Part shown: one piece after another, positions 16,307 to 23,423 of the stretch | How the letters are laid out: each line of letters opens with the position of its first letter | Position numbering within the stretch: the stretch's first letter is position 1 | DNA from: Aliivibrio fischeri ES114 | Lineage (GTDB): Bacteria; Pseudomonadota; Gammaproteobacteria; Enterobacterales; Vibrionaceae | Length of the DNA stretch: 32,000 nucleotides | Direction: 5' to 3' (one strand) | Assembly: GCF_000011805.1 (NCBI RefSeq) | Contig: NC_006840.2 | The notes under the pieces: generated by a model | Database searches by the model: none | The model's input: the letters and a program-made list of their open reading frames with translations, nothing else | What the model was told of the DNA's origin: nothing | Position numbers and translations under genes: made by a program

Positions 16307-17234
16307 AAATAATGTATTCAGAGTTATCGTAGAAAGTGATATTTGATTGTTCTGTGCCATATCCTGCAAAAGCAACGAGCGACCAATCTTTCCAATCCAT
16401 GATATTTTTGTATTCATAAGCAGCAAACAAACTGAGTTTATTATTCTCACGTGTTTTATTATAAATCGGATTTGTCGATTCATATTGACGTTGAGCATAA
16501 CCGGCAGTTAATACAATTTGATGTCTTTGCATTAATTTAAATACGCTGACTTCTACACCGTATTGGTCGTATGAATTTGCTTTACCCTCGGCAGAAGAGG
16601 ATTGATAAATAATCGATGGCATCACAAGCATTGTTCTGCTTAGTGGTTGTCTATATTGTCCTTTTAAATAAATCGTATTAGCGTCGCGTTTTAACTCATC
16701 GATAACCTTGTCGGTGTCTATTTCTTTTGTTGCAAAGGCACTATCAAGGCTAAAGTTTGAACCTGCAATATTTTTCAATTGAAAACGAAATGCATTGCCT
16801 GATTCATCTGTTTTTGTTCGAGATTGATTGACTAAATATGGGTTTTCCCACGTCTCACTTGACATGATAGTAGGAAGAATAGCGAAATCCATGACCATTC
16901 TGGATTCAAATTGATATCTATAACCTACCTCTAACACAACAATACCTGTTGCCACATCCTGACGGCTTGTACCTGTATATACTTGCTGATTTAGTGCATC
17001 ACCAAAGGTGTAAGTGATGCTTCCTAGTGGGAACGCAAGAAAACTATCTTCAGAGGTTGGTGCTTGAGTGTTAGATGAAATTGTGTCACTTCCTTCAGTA
17101 TTGAAGTTAGATGTCGATGAAGCAAAGCCTGCGGTAATTGCTATTTCACCACTGACACCTTCTTGATCTGCAAGTTGAGCCATTGCTGGAGATGCTGTTA
17201 CACATAACATAAGCGATAACTTACGTAAATTCAT
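16281..17234 (-). CDS. Putative outer-membrane beta-barrel protein (possibly DUF2860-like)
   Basis: Signal peptide MNLRKLSLMLCVTASPAMA|Q. The sequence shows alternating beta-strand-like patterning and the C-terminal OMP signature ...GLNYKF. Confidence 0.6.
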   Translation of the reverse strand: MNLRKLSLMLCVTASPAMAQLADQEGVSGEIAITAGFASSTSNFNTEGSDTISSNTQAPTSEDSFLAFPLGSITYTFGDALNQQVYTGTSRQDVATGIVVLEVGYRYQFESRMVMDFAILPTIMSSETWENPYLVNQSRTKTDESGNAFRFQLKNIAGSNFSLDSAFATKEIDTDKVIDELKRDANTIYLKGQYRQPLSRTMLVMPSIIYQSSSAEGKANSYDQYGVEVSVFKLMQRHQIVLTAGYAQRQYESTNPIYNKTRENNKLSLFAAYEYKNIMDWKDWSLVAFAGYGTEQSNITFYDNSEYIISTGLNYKF

Positions 17235-17323
17235 GAATAGTCAATCCTAGTGTTATTATTATTTAATTAACTATATTGAAACAGTAACGCAGAAATATAT
17301 CAACAAAGAAGTCGAAGTAAAAA

Positions 17324-18145
17324 TTATAAACTTTGTTTATATTGCTTTGGAGTAGCAGCAACAACACTTTTAAAATTGCGATGGAAGTGGCTTTGGTCTG
17401 TAAAACCAAGATCTGTCGCAATAGATGCAATGTTTTCCCCATTTTTTAATAAGGCCTTAGCTTTATTAATTCGCATTACAATTTGGTAAGCATGAGGTGT
17501 AATTCCGTATTGTTTTCTGAATGAGTGGATAAGGTAGAATTCACTTAATCCAGATACTTCAGCAATCTCAGAAATAGAAATATTCTTATCAAAGTTATCT
17601 GAAATATATTGATATGCACAATCGATCGCCTTTTTAGAAATGACATCAAGAGAAGGGTTGTTTGTATCTTTTAAAATCAATTCAGAAAAAAAGTTGATTG
17701 CTGTTTGTTCTACTTTTATTTTTGATTCATCTTCTATAAGAGTATGAGACAGAGATTGAAAACCTCTATAAATGAAAGGGCAATCAGTATGGGTGATTTG
17801 AAAGGGTCTGAATGTATTGTTGTTATCATTTAATATTTGAGATTGTAACTTTGCAATCCACTCTGGTTCTACGTAGAGCATTTTATAACTCCAATTGGTT
17901 CCTTTCTGTGGATTACAGGAGTGAACTTCTTCAGGGTTAACTATTACCGTAGAACCAGGGGATATCGTTTGTTTTTTATTTTGATTGAAATACTCACTAA
18001 TCCCACTATCCACGACACCAATTGAAAATTCTTGATGTGTATGTTTTTTATAGCAGGCGCTTGAATTACTTGAATAACGTAATTCAAACGGAAGAATTGA
18101 TGATCTTAAAAAGTGAGGATTTGAATTAGCCAACATAACGTCCAT
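17324..18145 (-). CDS. AraC-family transcriptional regulator (N-terminal cupin-like sensor plus C-terminal double HTH)
   Basis: The C-terminus reads ISISEIAEVSGLSEFYLIHSFRKQYGITPHAYQIVMRINKAKALL...IASIATDLGFTDQSHFHRNFK. It is the last gene of the operon, with its ATG 2 nt after the LysE stop. Confidence 0.85.
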   Translation of the reverse strand: MDVMLANSNPHFLRSSILPFELRYSSNSSACYKKHTHQEFSIGVVDSGISEYFNQNKKQTISPGSTVIVNPEEVHSCNPQKGTNWSYKMLYVEPEWIAKLQSQILNDNNNTFRPFQITHTDCPFIYRGFQSLSHTLIEDESKIKVEQTAINFFSELILKDTNNPSLDVISKKAIDCAYQYISDNFDKNISISEIAEVSGLSEFYLIHSFRKQYGITPHAYQIVMRINKAKALLKNGENIASIATDLGFTDQSHFHRNFKSVVAATPKQYKQSL

Positions 18146-18147
18146 TA

Positions 18148-18753
18148 TTATTTTGATATAAAGAATACATACACTACTGTTAGTGCGAGCAACCCTCCCA
18201 TAATACGATTAAATAACTTATAGTGGATAGGATGTTCGAGATACTTTCCAATGGTAAGGCCTAATAAAGCCCAAGTTGATATACAGCAGTAACATACGAT
18301 AAAAAATATCACACTAAATGCCCCGAGATCTTCGAGTGGAATCACACCGTTGCTAGAAAATACGGTTACCCCTGAAAGTGAAACAATCCAAGCTTTAGGG
18401 TTAAGCCATTGACACAAAAGGCCTTGGAACATAGTAGGAGCGTCGTTTTTCTTTGTTTCATCCTGTTCAGTTTTACTGCTTGTTGCAACCTTATAAGCCA
18501 AATAAAGTAAGAAAGCACTGCCAAGATAATTAAGTACTTGTGTTGCAGTATGTGAACCATCAAAGGCTTGTATCAATCCTAAACCTAAAATAATAAGAAT
18601 AGACACAAACCCAATAGTAGCCCCAAAAATATGTGGAATAGTCCTTACATAACCGTGATTTGCCCCAGTAATAGTTGCTAGAATATTTACAGGCCCAGGG
18701 GAGAGTGAAGTAACCAAGGCGAACATCGCCATAGCAAGAAATAAAGTCATCAT
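18148..18753 (-). CDS. LysE/RhtB-family amino-acid exporter
   Basis: 201 aa with about six TM segments. N-terminus reads FALVTSLSPGPVNILATITGANHGY, followed by QWLNPKAW; both are typical of the LysE family. Confidence 0.85.
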   Translation of the reverse strand: MMTLFLAMAMFALVTSLSPGPVNILATITGANHGYVRTIPHIFGATIGFVSILIILGLGLIQAFDGSHTATQVLNYLGSAFLLYLAYKVATSSKTEQDETKKNDAPTMFQGLLCQWLNPKAWIVSLSGVTVFSSNGVIPLEDLGAFSVIFFIVCYCCISTWALLGLTIGKYLEHPIHYKLFNRIMGGLLALTVVYVFFISK

Positions 18754-18759
18754 TTGTCC

Positions 18760-19401
18760 TTAAAATTCAGTGACCTCACCGGTTCCATCAATGAAACGGT
18801 GCTCTTGTAAATCAACAATTTTGTAGCGTTTTGCTTTGATTTTCCCTTCTTTACAATATCCTGCTTTTGCTTCCCAAAAGCCCGAGTTAAATTCGGTGGT
18901 GAAGTGTAATTCAGAAAGGCATTTAACCCCTTTGTAACGGTAAAGTGAAAAGTCGATTAGCCTAAGAGGGTATCCTTCTTCAAGGCTTAATGGCTCTCCA
19001 TCTACATCCCAAACCAACATCGCTCGATTTGTTATAGCTTGTGAATAAGACAGTGTCGAATCGTATTGTCCTTTATCTGTACCAAAGCTTAATTGCTTTA
19101 AAAAATGGCCAGTGTATTTGTTCGGATCGATGTCGAGATATTCCATTACATCAGCCAGTAGTACACCAGTCCACGTACGACGAATACTCCAATTACATAC
19201 GCACACAACACGGCGATTCTCAGTGATTGGCGCTATATTTTTAAGTTCATCTAATGTGATTTCTAACGGTTTACTTTCATTAGGTAAAAAGACTTTTAAT
19301 ACCTTGGGTGCATTTTCATGCGTTTCTTGTGGCCCTTCTTGATAATATCTTAGAGACGACGGTTTTTTCTCAATAAAAGGGGTCTTTTCAAATTGTTCCA
19401 T
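18760..19401 (-). CDS. Small molybdopterin-dependent oxidoreductase-fold protein (sulfite oxidase/YedY-like catalytic domain), cytoplasmic
   Basis: RRVVCVCNWSIRRTWTGVLLADVMEYL resembles the Moco-cysteine block C-x-x-WS....W.GV.L.D.L. GYPLRLIDFSLYRYKGVKCLSELHF resembles G.P.RL..P...G.K..K.L..I.F. No Tat or Sec signal is visible. GAGG is present as an RBS. Confidence 0.6.
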   Translation of the reverse strand: MEQFEKTPFIEKKPSSLRYYQEGPQETHENAPKVLKVFLPNESKPLEITLDELKNIAPITENRRVVCVCNWSIRRTWTGVLLADVMEYLDIDPNKYTGHFLKQLSFGTDKGQYDSTLSYSQAITNRAMLVWDVDGEPLSLEEGYPLRLIDFSLYRYKGVKCLSELHFTTEFNSGFWEAKAGYCKEGKIKAKRYKIVDLQEHRFIDGTGEVTEF

Positions 19402-19414
19402 ACAACCTCACAAC

Positions 19415-20173
19415 CTACTCTGTAATGTTTTTTACACAACGAAAACCAACAATATTATCTCTTACCGTTGGGGGATAATTATCTCTGCTGGTGCTGCGCA
19501 TATAATTTTCATCGTGTAAGCCTGAACCGCCTCTCACCACATGATCAAAAGAGATGTCTAAAATACAAAGTGGATCAACATGGTTATCATCCCATGCATA
19601 ATTCGGTAAATAATTATCTAAACACCACTCTGCAAGGTTTCCCCCCATGTCTATACAACCAAAAGGAGATCGATTTTGTGGATGAGCATCCCAGTCTGTT
19701 GAGCTTCGATTAAATTCAACTGGTTCACAATCGGGAGCGAAATTCGCGATATTTAAATCTGGCTCTGTATTTCCCCAAGGATACATACGGTTATCATTTC
19801 CTTTTGCCGCGTATTCCCACTGCGATTCAGTTGGAAGTTCTTTACCAACAAAACAAGCAAAAGCTTGAGCTTCATACCAACTGATCCCTGTGACTGGTTT
19901 TTTATCCCCATTCCAATTGGGATCATTCCAATATAAAGGTTCAGTAATATTGTGCTCTTGGATGAATTTGAATCCAGTTGTTGACCAATATCTAGGGTCT
20001 GAATAACCACCTTGCTCAATAAAAACACGGTAATCTTTATTTAATACTGGGTGTATATCCATAAAGAATGGAGAGAGTGAGATGGTTTTTATTGGTTGCT
20101 CATCAGAACTTAGAATCGACCCTCTTTGGTAAGGTTGACCTGAAATTAGTACCATATTATTCATTATACTCAT
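19415..20173 (-). CDS. FGE-sulfatase (SUMF1/EgtB/PvdO) fold protein, non-FGE subtype
   Basis: PVTGISWYEAQAFACFVGKELPTESQWEYAAKG, MYPWGN, GNLAEWCLD, VVRGGSG and IVGFRCVKN are present. The start overlaps the upstream stop (ATGA). Confidence 0.8.
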   Translation of the reverse strand: MSIMNNMVLISGQPYQRGSILSSDEQPIKTISLSPFFMDIHPVLNKDYRVFIEQGGYSDPRYWSTTGFKFIQEHNITEPLYWNDPNWNGDKKPVTGISWYEAQAFACFVGKELPTESQWEYAAKGNDNRMYPWGNTEPDLNIANFAPDCEPVEFNRSSTDWDAHPQNRSPFGCIDMGGNLAEWCLDNYLPNYAWDDNHVDPLCILDISFDHVVRGGSGLHDENYMRSTSRDNYPPTVRDNIVGFRCVKNITE

Positions 20174-20574
20174 CTTATTAACCCCAAGTTTCCCGTGTGT
20201 TTATTGATGATTTTTTTGGTGCCATAAATTGCGATACCAAGGTATTCAATATCTTCAGGTCTTGTTGCAGCAAGTTTGTCTGAATAGTCTTGGTAGTTTT
20301 TGGTTGTTTGAGCTACATTAGAAAAATCAACTAATGTGGCTTCTTCTTTTAAAGATGCTCTTATTTCTTTTATTTTATGAGAAGAGCTCGCCAATATAGG
20401 GATCGGAATCGATGTGATTCCAGTATGGATCTCCCCATTTTTATTGACGTTATCAGCACCAATCAGTTCGGGGTGCAATTTACCTAGCGATAATGTTAGA
20501 ACGGCCGCAGTATTCGCAATTAACCCTTGTGGTAGAGCTTTATCTATTACGAGTACGCATTTGTGGTTATCCAT
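20170..20574 (-). CDS. DUF2000-family protein (PTH2-like fold, function unknown)
   Basis: 134 aa. KCVLVIDKALPQGLIANTAAVLTLSLG....P.LIG.D....G..H.G and the C-terminal YGTKKIINKHTGNLGLI fit my memory of the DUF2000 pattern. The RBS GGAAAAGG lies inside the 3' end of the upstream gene. Confidence 0.55.
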   Translation of the reverse strand: MDNHKCVLVIDKALPQGLIANTAAVLTLSLGKLHPELIGADNVNKNGEIHTGITSIPIPILASSSHKIKEIRASLKEEATLVDFSNVAQTTKNYQDYSDKLAATRPEDIEYLGIAIYGTKKIINKHTGNLGLIR

Positions 20575-21206
20575 TTAGCCTTTTCCTTTTGACGTTGTTG
20601 GTTTTTTATAAAAAGTGCCCATGTCATATTTATTGTTAGGGGCGCTGAAATTTTCTTTAATTGGTATAGTGCGATTGAATCCGAGTTAACAAGACAGCAA
20701 TCAGAATGTCCTTCAGCAACATGAATGGCAGCTTGACTAGTTGACGTTGAAAGACGGATGTTAAAGCGAGCGTTTGATAAATCGATAACGCTTGGATTGG
20801 CTGTTTTTATCAAGTCATCTAAACGAGAAAGTGGAGCATGATGTGTATCTATATTGATGATTTCGTTATTGTTCACTTTTTGCTGTAGTGCATTTATGTC
20901 TTTACAGCAAAGATGATAAGCAGGGGGAGAAAAAAAGAAGGAACCAGAAAGTAATGTCTTTGGGTTCATATAGAAAAAGTCAGTTTTTTGATATGCATTT
21001 GCAACTAATAAGGCTGCGCTATCGGATAACTCAACATAGTCTGATGCCTCTTCAAACGTATCGAAAAGCAGTATTTTTAATGGGCGATTGATAAGAGTCG
21101 AAAAATAGTTTGCGGCGGCTTCACTGCTTGAGCTCTTAGGGCCAAGCGTAGCAACCGTGCTGATATCGTTATTATCTCTAAGCCAAAAATAATTTTGATC
21201 CATCAT
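20547..21206 (-). CDS. BacA/AerD/SalX-like prephenate decarboxylase (PDT-fold, no ACT domain)
   Basis: Block-by-block similarity to B. subtilis BacA as I recall it: ATLGPKSSSSEAAANYF vs NTLGPEGTSSEYAAKNF; FDTFEEA vs HDTFESC; NAYQKTDFFYMNP vs HAYDGIKHFYMRP; STSTSQAAIHVAEGHSDCCLVN vs NSTSAAAKRVKDGLSDIALTN; INMTWALF vs IPMSWSLF. At 219 aa it lacks the ACT regulatory domain of PheA. Confidence 0.7.
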   Translation of the reverse strand: MMDQNYFWLRDNNDISTVATLGPKSSSSEAAANYFSTLINRPLKILLFDTFEEASDYVELSDSAALLVANAYQKTDFFYMNPKTLLSGSFFFSPPAYHLCCKDINALQQKVNNNEIINIDTHHAPLSRLDDLIKTANPSVIDLSNARFNIRLSTSTSQAAIHVAEGHSDCCLVNSDSIALYQLKKISAPLTINMTWALFIKNQQRQKEKAKWITTNAYS

Positions 21207-21390
21207 TTTTTACTAATCCATTTGTAATTTTTATTAGATTAATTCAATGAGATAGAGTGATATTGTACAAAATTGCTTTTTGAATCTAATTAATAAATAA
21301 CTTTTAAAGCGGAAGATAAAGGCAGATACTTCGACTCTTGTTAAGCACTGTTGTCTATAAACAGTGTTCATCGTTATAAAAGAGAAAAAC

Positions 21391-21864
21391 ATGAAAGTAG
21401 TAAAAAAAGGGTTGCGAGCCGTTGCGGTATTAGAGGCTTGTAAAGGTATAGCATCTCTTTTGGTTGGATTTGGTTTGCATGTTCTTGCTGGTCATAATAT
21501 GCGCCAACTTGCTGAAAATATCGTTAGTCGTTTACATTTGAATCCGGCAGGGCATCTTCCTAGTATTTTTATTCATGCTGCTAGCGGATTAACTGATGCA
21601 CGAATGGGGTTATTAGCTATTGGCGCATTAGTTTATTCTGTAATTCGGTTAGTTGAAGCTTATGGTCTATGGCAAGGTCTTGTATGGACTGAATGGTTTG
21701 CTTTGGTTAGCGGAGCGATTTATTTACCTTTTGAAATTTATGAAATGATTTTTCATACAAATTTATTAGGTATTGGTGTCTTTTTTATTAACGTATTTAT
21801 TGTGGCTTATATGGCATATGCGCTGTATAACGAAAGAAAAATGCAAAGGGAACACTCACTATAA
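21391..21864 (+). CDS. DUF2127-family membrane protein
   Basis: KGLRAVAVLEACKGIASLLVGFGLHVL...LHLNPAGHLP is followed by further TM helices. I chose the ATG at 21391 over the track's GTG at 21364. Confidence 0.6.
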   Translation: MKVVKKGLRAVAVLEACKGIASLLVGFGLHVLAGHNMRQLAENIVSRLHLNPAGHLPSIFIHAASGLTDARMGLLAIGALVYSVIRLVEAYGLWQGLVWTEWFALVSGAIYLPFEIYEMIFHTNLLGIGVFFINVFIVAYMAYALYNERKMQREHSL

Positions 21865-21957
21865 TCTTTAGTTCATTGTTGTTCATCTGTGCTGATATTT
21901 TACTATCCGAGCATTTATATGTTCGGATAAGTATTGTTCCACACAAGTAAATGATAT

Positions 21958-22542
21958 TTAGAATGGGTAGTGACTAAACATATTATCCAGCATGTTCTGT
22001 AATGGAAGATCGCTATCTACAGTGCGTGCATACGTTCTTAATCCTGCTATTTGGACCTGAACAAATTGAGCAAGCTGTTTTGTATCTTTCTCTTTCTCTA
22101 TTTCTCCAATTTCTTGCGCTTGTCTTAATACCTTTTCAAACTCAGATTCCATTATCTTCAAAGAACGTTTTGCTTCAGTTAATAATTCTTCATTTTCATT
22201 TGTTAACTCAGTGACCGTTTTTACTAACATGCACATGCCACTTGGCGCACTAGAGCGTTTCTCTACAACAATGTTATGAATAAATGACTTAAGCCCCAGT
22301 AAAGGAGATTTTTGTTCATGACAGCATTGTTCTAAATGCAAAATACCAGATTGAGTGTAACGCTGTAACGATTCTTTAAATAATCCTTCTTTGCTGCCAA
22401 AGGTGGCATAAATACTTCCTGGACGCATATCTATCACTTCTTGAAGATTACGCATTGATGTCCCATGGAATCCTTTCTCCCAATAAAGATCAACTGCTTT
22501 ATCAACAACTTGTACGCGATCAAACTTCGAATTTTTAGCCAT
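21958..22542 (-). CDS. TetR/AcrR-family transcriptional regulator
   Basis: N-terminal HTH reads VVDKAVDLYWEKGFHGTSMRNLQEVIDMRPGSIYATFGSKEGLF. It is divergent from the GST pair. Confidence 0.85.
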   Translation of the reverse strand: MAKNSKFDRVQVVDKAVDLYWEKGFHGTSMRNLQEVIDMRPGSIYATFGSKEGLFKESLQRYTQSGILHLEQCCHEQKSPLLGLKSFIHNIVVEKRSSAPSGMCMLVKTVTELTNENEELLTEAKRSLKIMESEFEKVLRQAQEIGEIEKEKDTKQLAQFVQVQIAGLRTYARTVDSDLPLQNMLDNMFSHYPF

Positions 22543-22566
22543 AAGAATATGCCTTTAATAACTTTC

Positions 22567-22607
22567 TTGAACATTTGTTCAAATATTATCTTGAACGATC
22601 GTTCAAG
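22567..22607. promoter_or_regulatory. Two palindromic candidate TetR operators sharing the half-site TTGAAC
   Basis: TTGAACA-TT-TGTTCAA (22567-22582) and the perfect 18-bp palindrome CTTGAACGATCGTTCAAG (22590-22607), both in the TetR/GST divergent intergenic region. Confidence 0.55.
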
Positions 22608-22686
22608 TCTAGTTATATTGTTTTTAGCCCAACGAATACCAGTCGGTTGTAATGCTGGTTTATTTTGTCATTAGAAGGATATCAAT

Positions 22687-23379
22687 ATGCTTAAGTTTTA
22701 TTTTCATCAAACACCTAACCCAATGAAAATTGCATTATATTTAGCTGAAACTGAATTGCCGTTTGAGTTAATGCCCGTAGATACATTAAAAGGTGAGCAG
22801 CATACAAAGGAATACCGAGCGATTAATCCAAATGGGAAAGCACCTGCAATTGTTGATGATGGAGTTCGTGTTTTTGATTCAAGTGCGATTTTACTTTACC
22901 TATCAGAAACGAGAGGAAAGCTTGGTGGCAAAGCAGAAGACCGCGCCGAGATGCTTTCATGGCTATTATTTATCGCTTCGGGTCTAGGTCCATTTTCCGG
23001 TCAGTCGGTACATTTCCGTCATTTTGCACCTGAAAAATTACCCTATGCAATCAACCGCTATTTATCTGAAGCACAGCGTCACTATGACGTTTTGGATAAA
23101 CACCTTGAAGGTCGTGAATATATTGTCGGTGATGAGTTTAGCATTGCGGATATTTCGGCATGGGGTTGGATTGATAAAGCGACAGTTGTGTTAGGTGAAG
23201 AGGGATTAGCTTCTTACCCAAATATTCAACGTTGGTTTGATGGTATCAATAGTCGTCCTGCTGTTGAAAAAGCACGGAATATAGCAAACAACGTTGAGTT
23301 TAAATCAGAGTTTGATGAAGAGGCTAATCGTTCTCTTTATCCGCAAAATTTTGCCAAAAGCGGAAGTGCTAAACACTAA
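22687..23379 (+). CDS. Nu-class glutathione S-transferase (YfcG-like)
   Basis: FHQTPNPMKIALYLAETELPFEL..VD..KGEQ, NPNGKAPAIVDD, FDSSAILLYLSE and LPYAINRYLSEAQRHYDVLDKHL...FSIADISAWGW parallel E. coli YfcG. Confidence 0.8.
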   Translation: MLKFYFHQTPNPMKIALYLAETELPFELMPVDTLKGEQHTKEYRAINPNGKAPAIVDDGVRVFDSSAILLYLSETRGKLGGKAEDRAEMLSWLLFIASGLGPFSGQSVHFRHFAPEKLPYAINRYLSEAQRHYDVLDKHLEGREYIVGDEFSIADISAWGWIDKATVVLGEEGLASYPNIQRWFDGINSRPAVEKARNIANNVEFKSEFDEEANRSLYPQNFAKSGSAKH

Positions 23380-23423
23380 TATTATTTTTATAAAAATAGT
23401 TATATCGTTTTTTAGGAGTCAGT

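Noticed and set aside
19415-20173. Considered annotating this gene as a formylglycine-generating enzyme (sulfatase maturase).
   Set aside because: The copper-binding C-x4-C motif after GGS is absent (RGGSGLHDENYMRSTSR), and no sulfatase gene is in the window. I kept the call at fold/family level only.
21346-21366. 7-bp inverted repeat CACTGTT-N7-AACAGTG just upstream of the DUF2127 gene, and a partial repeat (attcaa/ttgaat) in the 21207-21390 intergenic region. Both were considered as possible AraC or other operators for the prephenate operon.
   Set aside because: The repeats are short and AT-rich, and AraC regulators usually use direct repeats. I could not distinguish them from chance in a 180-bp AT-rich spacer.
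21904-21929. Hairpin tatccga N12 tcggata between the convergent DUF2127 and TetR genes, considered as a terminator.
   Set aside because: It has only a 7-bp stem with a 12-nt loop and no flanking T- or A-runs, which is too weak to call.
22465-22674. 69-aa plus-strand ORF spanning the TetR 5' end and the TetR/GST intergenic region. Related cases are 22002-22214 and 22793-22987.
   Set aside because: It overlaps the well-supported TetR gene and the operator region. It has no RBS and a low-complexity product.
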